Below, piece by piece: positions 33,352 through 53,239 of a stretch of 64,000 nucleotides of DNA. How positions within the stretch are numbered: the stretch's first letter is position 1; each line of letters starts with the position of its first letter. The notes beneath the pieces are model-generated. The model saw nothing but the letters and a program-made list of their open reading frames with translations. It searched no databases and was not told the origin of the DNA. Both the position numbers and the translations under genes were made by a program. The stretch lies in assembly GCF_009914755.1 (NCBI RefSeq), contig NC_060925.1. One strand, given 5' to 3'. Origin of the DNA: the human T2T-CHM13v2.0 reference genome, Homo sapiens.

Positions 33352-35115
33352 CTTAGACGTCTATTAGACATCCAAGTAGAGAGCTCCACTAGGTGGTTGG
33401 ATACTTGAGTATGGAGTGAGAAGAGAGTTCTAGGCTGACAATAAAACTTCAGGAATCATAGGCATATAAGAAAATGTATTAAAGACCAGCCAGGAAATGA
33501 GAGCACATAGGGAAGAGAGGAGCTTCAATGGATCTTGCCAAGACCCAGGACATCCAACATGAGCAGAGACGAGGGAAGAGGAGGAACCACCAAGGAGACT
33601 TAGCATAACCAGTGAGGTAGGAGGAAAACCCAGAGAAGCTGATGTCCTAGAAGTGGTGTCTGCAGGAAGAGAGAGGGCGTGTCAGATGCTACTGCTGGGT
33701 GCGTCCACTAAGATGAAAGAAGATGATCCAGGCAAGTACTGAAGAGAAGGACTGGCAGGGTGGGTTTAGAATAGCCTGGGAGGAGAGGAATGGGGAGCCA
33801 AACCCACCACCCTCTTGAGGAGTTTTACCGCAGAGGTGAGTAAGAAAAAAGTGGGGTAGTAGCTGGCAGGAAAATCTGGTCAAAAACATTTGTTTTGTCT
33901 TGTTCTGTGTTATAAGATGGGAGAAATCACAGCATGTCTGCTTGCTGATGGGGATGACCATGGATCATTGCAGGGCAGGTCACTGGCTGAGAATGAGACG
34001 GGAGAGGTGCTGGGAGGTTGAGGAGTGAGCAGGATGTATGAAGCACTCACTTCAGAGCATGTGGGAGAGTGAAGGGTCTGCGGCATGGAGTGTGCTTGCT
34101 AGGCAGCCTTCCGGGCCCACTCGAGGTGTGTGGTCAAGGGTCATGATAATTAAATGCACTAATGCGTAATACATGAAAAGCACTTAGAACAGAACCTGGC
34201 ACATAGAAAACACTATATAAGCATTAGCGATTATTATTTAAAATTAAGTATAGAAAGGTCTAAGACCATCAAAACCATAGTGTTTTATGTATTTATAATG
34301 TTTAAGAGTATTTGGCCTACTAGAATGACAATCTTGTAACTCCATTTTAAATGTGCAATGGGGTAATTAATTAAGACTTATGATTTCAAATTGAAATCTT
34401 ATTAAAGTAATGCACAATATTGGAAAATCTAAGTGAGTTTTAGGCTCACCATATTTATTAGCTTAATTTTCTAGATTGATAAGAATTATTTTGTACTTAG
34501 GGAAGTTTTGTTTGTTAAGTGAGAAAACTTAAATACTTAAAAAAGAAATCAAATATATTTATTAAGTTTATCAGTGCAGTTTTATAGTTGTAAAGGTGTT
34601 TAATTAAGTTCTTAAGTGGGACCAAACATTATTCAAAGTCACCTTAAAAATTATTGTTGACATTTATTAGGCTTATAAATAGAATAATAAGATTTGTAAG
34701 CTGAACATAAAAGCCTAAGGAGGAACCAAGGTTTTTGAATTTGTAATTTTAATAAATCGACTCCATTTTTAAAACCAAAAATAAACCTTCTTAATAGTCT
34801 TCTCTGCAAACAAAAATCATCCTCAAGGACATCAAAGAAGAGTGTCAGCCAGTTCTAGGAGCAGCTGGTTCATGTGGGAGAAGAATCAGAGCCCAAAACA
34901 AACTACCTTGCCTTGGAGGTCATGTTGGGGGCTGAGCTCCATGAGTGAGCACCACATAGAGAAGGAATGGAATGAGGGCTGGAAGGAGAGGGGATGGTCA
35001 CCCAGCTGGGATGGGAGTTGAGGGTGAAGGGCTGAGTCTTCAAGGCAGCTGGGAGATGAGTGAGACAAGAGGCAACTTCAGGTATGAGCATTCTTCATTG
35101 AATCCTATATTATTA

Positions 35116-35677
<562 letters not shown>

Positions 35678-36267
35678 GATTAAATAGATAGAGATAGAGG
35701 TGAGATAGATAGATACATATGAGATGGATGGATAGATAGATGAGAGGAAATTAACTGTGGAAATTGTCTCACATGATTATGGAGGCTGAGAAGCCTCATG
35801 GTATGTCATCTGCAAGCTGAAGAGCTAGGGAAGCTAGTGGCATAGCTCAGTCCAAGTCCAAAGGCCTGAGATCAGGGTAGCCAATGGTGTATCTCTGAGT
35901 TTGAGGCCAAAGGCCTGACAACCTGGCGGATCACTGGTGCAAGTCCTGGAGTCCAGAGGCCAGAAAACCTGGAGTTCTGATGTCCAAGGGCAGGAGAAGA
36001 TGAGTGTCCCAGCTCCAGGGGAGTGAATTTTCCTCTCCTCTGCTTTGTTGTTTCATCCAGACCCTCAGTCATTCGGGTGAGGGTGAATCTTCCTTACTCA
36101 GTCCACTGGTTCAAATGCCCGTCTCTTCCACCCTCACAGACATACCCAGAAATAAGGCTTCACCAGCTAATGGGGTATCCCTTAACCCAGTCGGGTTGAT
36201 GCCTAAAATTAACCATCACAAATCCTTTTTTACATTATTCAGGACATACCAGTAAAAATGTGAATTG

Positions 36268-36576
36268 CAACCAGGTGAGGTGGCTCAGGCCTGTAATCCC
36301 AGTACTTTCAGGGACAAAGGCAGAGGATCACTTGAGCCCAGGAACTCAAGACCAGCCTGGGAAACAAAGTGAGACCCCATCTCTACAAAAAAATAAAAAT
36401 AAAAAATTAGATGGGCATGGTGGTGTGCACCAATAGTCCTAGCTACTTGGGAGGCTGAGGTAGGAGGATCCCTTGAGCCCAGGAGTTTGAGGCTGTGGTG
36501 AGCTACGATCATGCCACTGCACTCCACCCTAGGCAACAGGGCAAGACCCTGTCGCTTTATTTAAAAAAAAAAAAAA
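36268..36576 (+). mobile_element. AluJ
   Basis: Full Alu; TSD ..G(T/C)GAATTGC. Confidence 0.92.
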
Positions 36577-36993
36577 GAAAGCGAATTGCTTTTACTTTGA
36601 TTGCAGAAGTCTTTCTTCTAATACAATCCCGGGCCAGGACTGACCATAAAGGGCCCTGGCTTAGGAGAATCTGAGGCCTCCAGGCAGAAAACCAATTGTT
36701 GAGCTGGTGCCCGCATCTCTGTTCTGGCAAGACGTGCTAATCTGGAAGGCACAGAAGGAGTGCTACTGAGGACAGAGATAGATTGTTCCTGACGCTTTTC
36801 CTCAGCCTGGAAGCAGCCATCCTCAGAACGGCTCTTCTCCCTTGGCCTGATTCCTGGTTCCGCCTTCTGGGTTTGGTTTTGTTCCATTCTGTTTTCCAAC
36901 TCCCATCTATTTAGTGTTTACTATGTGCCAGGCAATGCTCTCAGTTCTATACTCAGTCATCTTGAGATGAGAACTCATGAGAACTGTAGGTGA

Positions 36994-37353
<360 letters not shown>

Positions 37354-37374
37354 TGAGCTCAAACTCTTAACCAC

Positions 37375-37750
37375 TGCAATGGTTTGGATGTGTGTCCCTT
37401 CAAAACTCATATACTGGAACTGAAACCCCAAGGTGATGGTATTAACAGGTGGGGCCTTTTGGGAGGTGATGAAGTCATGAGGGACTGCCCTTGTGAATGG
37501 GATTAGTGCCGTGATGAAAGGGCTCAAAGGAACTAGCTAGGCCCCTTTCTGCTCTTCCCCCTTGTGCCACGTGAGGGTGTCGTGGTAAGAAGATACCATA
37601 ATCTGAGCAGGGCCTTTCTGGACACCAAACCTGTCAGCACCTTGGTCTTGGAACTCCCAATCTCCAAAACGGTGAGAAAATAAATGTCTGTTCTTTATAA
37701 ATGACTCCATCTCAAGTAATTTGTTACAGCAGCACAAATGTGTTAAGACA
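37375..37750 (+). mobile_element. MST-family MaLR solo LTR
   Basis: TGCAATGGTTTGGATG...TTAAGACA; perfect 5-bp TSD ACCAC. Confidence 0.88.
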
Positions 37751-38067
37751 ACCACCATGCTACGTTGCTTCTCTGTAACAAAGTTCCCGGAGACCTTGAC
37801 ATCAGGCTTAATGGCGGCCAGTCTGAACCTCAGTATCCTCAGGTATAAAATGGAAATAATGCATCCTATGTTAGGCAGTTCTATGAATTAACAGGGACAA
37901 CTGTTCCAGGGCATAGAGAAAGAAGAAAATATCCTTGGTTTTCTTTAAGAAGATCTTGTCCACCTAACTCGACAAGGGTCATGCAGAAAAGAAAAAGACA
38001 AGACCAACCTCGCTTACTCACATTGCTACAAAACTCCTAAATAAAATTGAGGCAGGATGAGAAATGT

Positions 38068-38335
38068 TGCTGGGCGTGGTGGCTCACACCTGTAATCCTA
38101 GCTATTTAGGAGGCTGACGCAGGAGGATAGCTTGGGGACAGGAGTCCCAGACCAACCTAGGCACCATAGCAAGACCCTATCTCAAAAACTAAAAAAGATA
38201 AAAAGCCAGGCTTGGTGGCATGTGCCTGTAGTCTGAACTACTTGGGAGGCTGAGGCAGGATTGCTTGAGCCCATAGGCCACTGCAGTCCAGCCTGGACAA
38301 CATAGCAAGACCCTGCCTCTGAAAAAAAAAAAAAA
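38068..38335 (+). mobile_element. AluJo/Jr-like with right-arm deletion
   Basis: Diverged dimer; TSD GAGAAATG(T/C)T. Confidence 0.85.
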
Positions 38336-39105
38336 GAGAGAGAGAGAGAAATGCTATATTTCTTATACAACTGCGTTTACAGGCTGGGAGTTCGTACTCT
38401 TAAAAATACTAGCAAGGACAACTTAACAGTGTATTAGGATAGAAATATACTTTGATCAAGTGGTGTTTATCATAGGAATGTTAGGATGGTTCAATATTAA
38501 TACATCTATTAATGTAATTTATTCTAGGAACTAGTCTATAATAATGGTTTAAAAGAAAAATATACCATGACCAAGTGGTATTAGTTACAGGAATAAAAAG
38601 ATAGATCAATATTAGAAAACCTATTAATATAATTTATCTTGTTAATAAGTAGAAAAAGAAAACCACATATTTTAAAAGATAATGAAAATGCACTTGATAA
38701 ATATAATATCCATATAACTAAGTTTTTAAAGCCTTTGTAAAATAGAAATAAGATTCTTTCTTATGATTTTTTAAAATGTCTCAGACCAACTTTAAGCATC
38801 ATGTTTCACAATGAAACTCTAGCTCCATTAAGCGAAGAACAATCAAGCGTCCCAGTCACAACTCTTAATTAACATTGCTCTGAAAGTCCTAGTTAATTTA
38901 GTTAGGGAAACACATGAAATGATATATAAATATTAGAAGGAAGGAGGCAAAGTAAGCATCATATAAAGTTAATATGACTATATATCTAGAAATCCCCCCC
39001 AAAAAAATCCATTAAAAATATTAAGTGAGTCCAGGAACATAGCCAATTATAAAGCAAATATACAAAAATCAATAGCATTCTCACCAAACAATAAAAAGTA
39101 GTTAG

Positions 39106-39402
<297 letters not shown>

Positions 39403-39686
39403 TTAAATAGTTAGAAAAGTTAATGGGCAAATATTCCATTCATAATATTGGTAAAGGCATACCCACCTATTTCCCTCAAATTAACGTTAAAATTTACATA
39501 TTCCAACTCAAAATCCCTAAAGACCTTATCTTAGAATTTAGAAAGCAATTCTAAAATTAAATTGAGGCATAACGCTATAAAAATATTCAGGAAAAATCTG
39601 AAAAATAAGATTGAGAAGGGGCTTCCCCATCCATTAAAATATATTACAAAGTTTTAGAAATTAAAACAATATGGCACTGGCACAGA

Positions 39687-40614
<928 letters not shown>

Positions 40615-40776
40615 ACAGAATAGACAAGTGATCAATAAAACAGAATAGAAAGATGAGACCAAAGTGCATAAAAGAATTCGATGAATGATCAACATGGTTT
40701 TCCTCATCAGTGAGAAATTGCTAGATTATTCAATAAATAATGTTGGGACAACTTCCTAACCACTTAAGAAAAAGTG

Positions 40777-41083
<307 letters not shown>

Positions 41084-41465
41084 ATTAAGTTAGAACTATA
41101 TCTCACAAAATAAACTTGAAATGACTCAAAACACTAAGTGAAACTACACTGGACTATAAATGTGTACATGTGGTATTTTTTATAAACTTGGGGTGGGGGA
41201 GGGTGGCCAGATAAAATACAGGTATACCCCATGAATTATCTGGGACATACTTATACTTTAAAAGTATTTCTTGTTTATCTTGAGAACTAAAAATAAAGTC
41301 CTTAGCACTCCCAACCACCGAACGGACCCACTGGTAACCATGCAGGCTCCGAAGAAACCTTAAAAACTGAGTTCCCAGCCATGACAGGACAGGAGATAGG
41401 ATGCGCCTCGCTATACCCTCTCCCTTTTGCAGTTTAGACACAACAACTGGCCAGCATTCACGTTA

Positions 41466-41857
<392 letters not shown>

Positions 41858-41890
41858 TCACGCACCCCTACACTCATAGAATAAGTTATG

Positions 41891-42050
41891 GGTCAGGCAT
41901 GGTGGCTCACATCTGTAATTCCAGTGCTTTGGGAGGCCGAGGTTGGACGATTGCTTGAGGCCAGGAGTCCAAGACCAGCCTGGGCAACATAGTGAGATCC
42001 CATCTCTATTTTTCAAATAAAATAAAATTTTAAAAATAAAAAAAAAATTT
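41891..42050 (+). mobile_element. Alu left monomer (FLAM/AluJ)
   Basis: Single left arm with A-rich tail. Confidence 0.85.
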
Positions 42051-42062
42051 AAGAATAAACTA

Positions 42063-42386
<324 letters not shown>

Positions 42387-43173
42387 CTATGTTCTATTTT
42401 CTTTTTCTCTAGCAGCTAAACAAACCCTAGCTTTGAAACAAGCGATAGTAAAACAGTTGCAGCTCATTTACCGTGAGACTCTGACTAACTGACCCCCTCC
42501 CAGCCCTGCTCCACAAGCCATAACTACGACTTTGACTGGACAAGAGACTCATTTCAGTAACGTTCTCCTGATAAGAGATCACCACTCATGGACTGGCTCT
42601 GGGTGGTTTACAGAGGCTACGCTTGAGTGCCTTCCTGTTCCTACTTCACCTTTTGATGTATAGGGCTTAATTGTAAGGCATTTAAATGTTATGTCCCCAC
42701 CCCAAAGTGAACATGGGATGCATGTAACATGCATGTTTGTTCAGTATTCATGTGTCAGGCCCCCCTTTGTGAATATTCATGGCTCTTCCTATAACCTGCT
42801 GAATATGTATACTTTGACCAACCCATTCAGCAGAAATCCCTGTTCCATTCTCCCCTCTCCCCAAGTGCTTAAGGGGCCTCTGCTGGAGGCTGTGCTTCTC
42901 AGCATGCAGAATGGCCAACCTGCAGGCTGCAACCCTTTACAAGAAATAAAGTCTTGCCAAATTTATAAATGGTGTGATTTTTTCAGTTAACAATCTGGAA
43001 TTCAGCTTTAACTGGGCATCTTATGTTTTATTTGCTAAATCTAACAACCCTGGGAGGGGTAACTCTTCTAAGAAAAGCAAATGACCAATTAACCACACTG
43101 AAAATCAAATAAATGCAAATAAAAATAGTGAAAAGACACTTTTACTTATCAACTAGGGGAAGACTAAAAACTG

Positions 43174-43485
43174 GGCTGGGCACGGTGGCTCACGCTGGTA
43201 ATCCCAGCATTTTGGGAGGCCAAAGTGGAAGGATCACTTGAGCCCAGGAGTTCCATGAGACCAGCCTGGGTAACATAGGGAGACCCTGTCTCTACAAAAA
43301 ACCCAAACATTAGCCGGGCATGGTGGTGCACACCTGTAGTCCCAGCTACTTGGGAGGCTAAGGTAGGAGGATGGCTTGGGCCCAGGAGGTCAAGGCTGCA
43401 GTGAGGCATGATCACACCACTGCACTACAGCCTGGGTGAGAGAGCGAGACCCTGTATCAAAAACTAAATAAATAAAAATTAATAA
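43174..43485 (+). mobile_element. AluJ
   Basis: Full Alu with J diagnostics. Confidence 0.92.
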
Positions 43486-43599
43486 ATTTTTAAAAATGGC
43501 CAAATCCAGTATTGGTAAAGGGGTGGGGAAATAGGCATGCCCCCTCTAGCTAGGACCACCACTCATTTTCCTCAACATTTCTGACCCTGTAGAGACCTA

Positions 43600-44290
43600 A
43601 CCCTCAATATTTGTGTCCTCACCTCATTCACTCCTCAACCCATCATAGTCTGGCTTCTGCCACCCTCGCACTATTAAACAGCTCTTCCTCATCTCCAAAC
43701 CCACGGGGATATCTCTCCTCTTGGTCTTACGCAATGTCTTTGATCCTGTTCCCCCCCTTCTTCGTCATGATCACCCTCTTCCGTAGCATCCATGGCCCCC
43801 ACCCCTCTCATCTCCGATTACTTTTCCCATCACTACTTCCCAGTCTTTTTTCTCTGTCCACCTGTTCAGTACAGGCGTTCCTCTCTCTTCTCTATTAAGT
43901 CCTCTTCCTTGCACAGTCTCCATGGGAATTCTCATACCACAGATCAAGGACTTGGCCTCCCACTGACATCTGCCTTCAGAGCACCAAGCCTACAAATCCA
44001 ACTGTTTACTAGACTCTGGTGCTCCACAGAGCATCTCAAACTCAAATGACCAAAATGACAAACATCATCTTCACCACTAATCTTCATCTCAGAAAAGGCC
44101 GCTGCTGTCAAATGAACTGTTCAAACCAGAAACCTGGGTGTCATTCTGAACTGCCCTCTCTCCTTCTCCACCCACAACCAAACCATCACCAAAATCACCA
44201 TCTATTTTGCTTTCAAACTTCTCTCACATCCCTCTTCTTATTGTCAATTCTACTGCCACTGCATCACCCAAACCAGCTTCAACTGCTCCG
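43600..44290 (+). mobile_element. L2 remnant
   Basis: Pyrimidine-rich L2 sense strand: GCATCTCAAACTCAA..CCAGAAACCTGGGTGTCATTC. Confidence 0.65.
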
Positions 44291-44353
44291 TCTCCCTCAC
44301 CCCCTACAACTCAAAAGAAAACAGGTGCAAGGTGAGAACAAGAAATTTGCAAT

Positions 44354-44706
<353 letters not shown>

Positions 44707-44959
44707 TTAAAGAGACACCCAACTTTAAAGTGAATGAGAAAAAAAAAATACTGCCTTTGCCTAAACAATTAGCAAAGATAAAGAAAATGACCATCCATGG
44801 TAGTAATGAAGTTCTGGAGCAATGGGATATTCTCACACTGGAATTAACCCATTTGAAGGCATTTTTTAATTCAAAATTTAATTTCAAAATTCTGAATGAG
44901 CAGAAACTGCAACCCAGAAATTCCTCTTCAAGGAATTTATCCTAAGATGACTGGGCACA

Positions 44960-45140
44960 GCACTGAGCACTTACTCTGGGTATTTTCTCATTTAATCTTC
45001 ACAGCAATCAGCCCGGTAAGGCTGGGAATATTGAGCCCATTATACAGAAGAGCAAACTGAGAGTTAAACAAATAACTCCCAGGATGCTTGTAAGTATCAG
45101 GGCTCAAACCACAAGCTTAAAAGCCCCCACTCTGCTGTCT
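44960..45140 (-). mobile_element. MIR
   Basis: TCTCATTTAATCTTCACAGCAA..CCCATTATACAGAAGAGCAAACTGAG. Confidence 0.65.
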
Positions 45141-45419
45141 CCTTGGCATAAATGTCTTGTCCTGTGGAGGAAGCAGACTCAGGAGAAATATCTTCTGGGT
45201 GCTTCCTGCCTGGGTGCGTCCTAGGGAGGCAGTAACGCAGCAAGTAAGAGAAGGGACATTTATGGAACCACAAGGGCAGCCCTAGAGGCTATGAAGAGGC
45301 TTGGAGGCAGCCATCTGGCCATGGGGTGGATTCCCAGGGAACTTGTTTTGATGTTGTACTTACATAGAAAATACGTGTTTTTACTTAACTGGCTTAGGGG
45401 AGTGGACGGACATTATAGA

Positions 45420-45482
45420 GAAATTGGCCCCAGGGGGAATATTTACACCACGGAAATTAGTGAATGCTACAAATCAGAGTGT
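45420..45482 (+). mobile_element. MER63-like hAT fragment
   Basis: GAAATTGGCC..TATTTACACCACGGAAATT..GCTACAAATCAG. Confidence 0.65.
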
Positions 45483-45753
45483 ATCAGTTAGGAACTGATT
45501 CAAGCACACATAAGCCAGCCAACAGTGTCTCATGTGAGTAGAAAGATTTTATTTTGTCTCCAGCACCCATATGGCTGGTAGCTGCTTCTGTCTTCTTGCT
45601 CTGCTGTTCTGTGGCTCTGGCATCACAGCCAAGTAAAAAAGAGGAAACCACGGATATGGAAAATATGATGAGCAGAGTCTGCCACAGGAGGATAGAGTCC
45701 CCAGGCCACCCTTGCTACCACCACTGTGGTGCCTTGGTTCAAGAATAAAATAA

Positions 45754-46367
<614 letters not shown>

Positions 46368-46664
46368 TGACATAAAATAGATTCTAAGAGCTCTGAAAGC
46401 CAGATGGTGAGAGAAGCAGCTGAGGGAAGTTTTGGAGGCACCCTGTAGCTTCGAAGCTCCGTTCTGTTTCTGTATGTACCAGACGGGCAGCCCCTGCCTT
46501 CACCTCTGTCTCCCTGAGTGTATATGATAGACTGGCCTTGGCAGGGACATTGGCCTTCTCAGGCTGGGCAGTGGTGACTGGGGCTTCAAGAGCCTTCCCC
46601 ATGGGGCCTCAGCTAGAGAGTTGATGCCGTCTGGTGACTGTAGTTTACTAACTAGTTTGGGGAC

Positions 46665-46869
46665 CCTTGTATTGGTAAACTGGCTCAAAATTTTTCTTTA
46701 ATTTAAGAAAACCACCCTGACTTGTAGCATTCATTAATTTCCATGGTATAAATATTCCCACCAGGGCCAATTTCAAGCTACCACCAAATAACAAGCAGCT
46801 CACAGGATTCCTGAAGATGTAACAATTGGCTCTAGGGCGCCTGTGCATGCTGACTCCAGCACGCCACTC
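46665..46869 (-). mobile_element. MER63A-like hAT element
   Basis: Ends TCCAGCACGCCACT (MER63 TIR); GGCCAATTTCAAGCTACC. Confidence 0.75.
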
Positions 46870-47244
46870 CGGTGAGCCCTACTTTGGGAACTCCCAGAGA
46901 TAACTGGGGATCCCTCTGAGGAGAGACTGAGGATTTGTCATCACATGAATGGGGTGTTGAGGTAATCAGGGAATTAAGCCCAACTTTGTAATAAGAAGCT
47001 GATAAAGTTAGGTACCCAAGCTATATGTGCACTAAAATGTTTTAATATGCATTCTTATTGTAAATAGACACAATGCTATTTATCCATTCAATAGGCATTT
47101 ATTGAGAATCTCTTCTGTGCCAGGAACTGTTCTAGACACTAAGGATGATTAAAGTGAATAAGATAAAGTTTTGTCCTTTTGGAGTTTACAATCTAGAACA
47201 TATGAAATGAGGTCAGAAAGTTACAATTATTACGAAGAAAATTA

Positions 47245-47761
<517 letters not shown>

Positions 47762-47982
47762 TTAGAAAGGATGGTCTGGGAAGCTCTTCCTGATGAATTG
47801 ACATCTGAGCAGAGAGGAAAATGAAGTGAGGGAGGGAGTCAGACCGCAATGCAAGGGCACATTCCAGGCAGAAGGGAGAGCAGGAGGAAAGGCCCTGAGA
47901 TGGATGTAAAGTGGACATGAGTGAGAACAATGAGGTTCCAGTGTGGCTGAAGCTCAGTGAACCAGGGAGAGCAACAGCATGA

Positions 47983-48397
<415 letters not shown>

Positions 48398-48426
48398 TGA
48401 GCAGGGAAATAACAATATCTCCTGTG

Positions 48427-48708
48427 TGAGGCAGGCGAATCACAAAGTCAGGATTTGAGCCCAACCTGGCCAACATGGTGAAACCCCGTCTCTACTAAAA
48501 AAAAAAAACAATTCAAAAAATTAGCCGGGCATGGTGGCAGGCACCTGTAATCCCAGCTACTCAGGAAGCTGAGGCAGGAGAATCGCTTGAACCCAGGAGG
48601 CAGAGGTTGCAGTGACCTGAGATCACGCTACTGCACTCCAGCCCAGGTGACAGAGTGAGACTCCATGTCAAAATAAATAAGTAAGTAAATAAATAAATAA
48701 ATAAATAA
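48427..48708 (+). mobile_element. 5'-truncated AluS with (TAAA)n tail
   Basis: Starts mid left arm. Confidence 0.88.
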
Positions 48709-48730
48709 GTGTTATCAAAAATAGAATGTG

Positions 48731-49032
48731 GGCCAGGGGCGGTGGCTCACACCTATCATCCCAGCACTTTGGGAGGGTGAGGCAGGCAGATCACTTGAGT
48801 GTAAGAGTTCGAGACTAGCCTGGGAAACATAGTGAGACATCTTCTCTACAAAAAATAATCAAAAATTAGCCAGGTGTGGTGGTGCATGCCTATACTCCCA
48901 GCTACTCAGGAGGCTGAGGGATGGGAGGATAGCTTAAGCCCGGAGGGGTCAAAGCTGCAGTGACCCGTGATCGCAGCCATTGTACTCCTGTCTGGGGACT
49001 AAGTGAGATATTATCTCAAAAAAAAAAAAAAA
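48731..49032 (+). mobile_element. AluJ
   Basis: Full Alu; TSD ..AGAATGTG. Confidence 0.92.
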
Positions 49033-49325
49033 GAATGTGGGTGGGAGAGGAAGCAGAGAAAACAATAGGGCCTATTGCTACAGTTTGGGTGAGAAATGGT
49101 GGTGATGGTGGTTTGAGCTAAGGCTGTTGAAGTGGGGGAAGTAAGAAGTGGCTGGATTGAACTAGATTAGACAAGATTTAACAAAGAACCGGATATGAGA
49201 TAAAAGGAAAAGAAAACGAATCTTGGATAACTCCAATACTTTTGCACTCTCCACTCAAAATTTTGGGATTGCTAGGGAAGGGCAGGTTTGGGTGAGAAGA
49301 ACTAAGAGTTCAGTGGAAAGATCAT

Positions 49326-49410
49326 ATGTCTTTATTTTGCCTTCATTCCTGAAGGATATTTTTGCTGGGTGTAGAATTCTGGGTTGACATTTGTTTTCTT
49401 TCTGTGTATT
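49326..49410 (-). mobile_element. Inverted L1 ORF1 segment
   Basis: Minus frame QPRILHPAKISFRNEGKIKT matches the L1 ORF1p C-terminal domain. Confidence 0.85.
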
Positions 49411-49544
49411 AGACATTTGGAAGAAAAACAACCATAAAGGAGACATTTTCAGACAAATAAAAACTGAAACAGTTTGCCATCAACAGATCTAAATATACCA
49501 AAGACATTCTAAATATTTTATTTCTAGCAGATAGAAAATGATCT

Positions 49545-50471
<927 letters not shown>

Positions 50472-50650
50472 TCAAGTAGGAGGTTTAAATGAACACTAAT
50501 GTATATAAAATAATAATAATAGACTACATGTTTTAAAACAAATATTTCAGTCAAAAGGCAAAGATTACCAGACTGAATAATAAAAATCTAATTATATATT
50601 GTGCGTAAGAAACACACCTAAAGCACAGATATACAAAAAAGTTGAAAATT

Positions 50651-50968
50651 GGACTGCGCATGGTGGCTCACACCTGTATTCCCAGTACTTTGGGAGGCTG
50701 AGGCAGGCCGATCACTTGAGCCTAGGAGTCCAAGACCAACCTAGGCAACGTCATCTCTAGTGAGACCTCATCTCTACAAAATATAGAAAAAAAATAGCCA
50801 GACATGGTGGCACACGCATGCAGTCCCAGGTACTCAGGAGGCTGAGGGGAAGATTGCTTGACCCCAGGAGGCTGAGGCCATAGTGAGCCAAGATTGTGCC
50901 ACTGCACCCCAGCCAGGGTGACAGAGCTAGACTTTTCTCAATTTTTAAAAAGAAAAGAAAAACAAAGT
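50651..50968 (+). mobile_element. AluJ
   Basis: Full Alu; TSD AAAGTTGAAAAT. Confidence 0.9.
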
Positions 50969-51011
50969 AAAGTTGAAAATGGAAAGATAGAAAAAGTATA
51001 TTATGCAAAAC

Positions 51012-51389
51012 TGTCTTGGGCTGCTATAACAGAATATCTAAGACTGGATAATTTATAATGTATAGAAATTTGTTTTCACAGCTCTGAAGACTGGGAAGTC
51101 CAAAATCAGAGTGCTAGCATCTGGCAAGGGTCTTCTTGCTGCATAATAACATGGTGAAAGGCAGACAGCAAAGGAGTGAAAGAGAGCGAGAGAGAGACAG
51201 CGAGAGACAGAAAGAGAGAGAGAGCACGTGCACCAGAGGGGGCTAACCCACTCCCAGCATTAATCCATTCATGAGGGTTGAGCATTTATGACCTAAACAT
51301 TTCTTAAAGGTCCCACCTCTCAATACTGTCAAAATGGCAATTAAATTTCAACATGAATTTTGAAGGGGACAAACATCCCAGTCATAGCA
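51012..51389 (-). mobile_element. MST-family MaLR solo LTR
   Basis: TGTCTTGGGCTGCTATAACAGAATA...GGGGACAAACATCCCAGTCATAGCA. Confidence 0.85.
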
Positions 51390-51565
51390 AATACTAAACA
51401 ACAGAAATCTGTTGAAATTAAATAAAGTTGAAATGAGGTTACAGAAGAAAATAGACTTTAAAGCCAAAATCATTTCATAATGGGAGAGGTCATTTCATAA
51501 TGATAAAAATTTAATTAGCCAGAAAAATATAACAATTCTAAATTGGCATGTACCTAATAACATGC

Positions 51566-51890
<325 letters not shown>

Positions 51891-52766
51891 TACAACATGC
51901 TTTTTAAAAGATATAAAGTAAAAAATTAAAAATGGCAGAATGACAAAGAGAAACAGATAAATCCATAAATCCATAATCGTAGCAGGAAATGTTAACATAT
52001 CTCTCTCCATTAGTTGCTAAAACAAGTAGACAAAAACAATCAGTAAGAACACAGAGGATTTAATGATTAACTAGCCTGACCTAGTAGACGTCTATAGAAC
52101 ACAGTATGCAACCACTGCAGAATCCATGTTGCTTCAGCACTCATGAAGTATTTCTAGAAATCAAATACATCCTGTATCCTTGGCCATTAAGCAAATCTGA
52201 ACAAATGTCAAAGTATTAAAATGATATAGAATATGTTTTCAGACCACAATGCATATATGCTATAAATTAATAAAGAAAAGGTAATCATAAAATCCCCATG
52301 TATTTGGAAATTAAGATGTTTCTAAATAATCCATGTTATTCATTGACTACATAAAATCAAAATAATAATATCTCTTGGGGGTTAAAAAAAAGAAAAAACA
52401 CACAGCGACAATAGTATATAAGCTGGAGACTGGTTAATGAAGTTAAAGTGTTTTGGGGTTGTTGCATAGTTCAGGGAAAAAAAAGGCATTGATTAATTTT
52501 AGACTTTGATAAGTCAGGAAGCAAGTTGAAATTACTAGGGTAACTACTACAAGAATAGAAACAGAAAAGAGATCTTTCGAACTAGAGGAAAAAGAGAACA
52601 AGACAAAATAACAGACCTCTCTCATAATTGATGGAAGCAGCAGACAGAAATCTAAGCAGGGATTTATAAGATTTGAATATATGTAGACTTCCACATAGAT
52701 GTTAAAAAGGCCACTTCCAGCTATAGCTGGGACTGGCTGAGACTGGCTTAGTGTGCTAAGGTTTAG

Positions 52767-53225
<459 letters not shown>

Positions 53226-53239
53226 AAAGCTTTTTTCAT

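Larger units (their letters stand above)
31950..34130 (-). mobile_element. Long L2 remnant interrupted by Alus
   Basis: TTTATTGAGTGCCTAC 3' end; GGTTTTGAGCAGAGGAGGGACATGATCTGA; GAATTCAGTTTTGAACATGTT. Confidence 0.8.
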
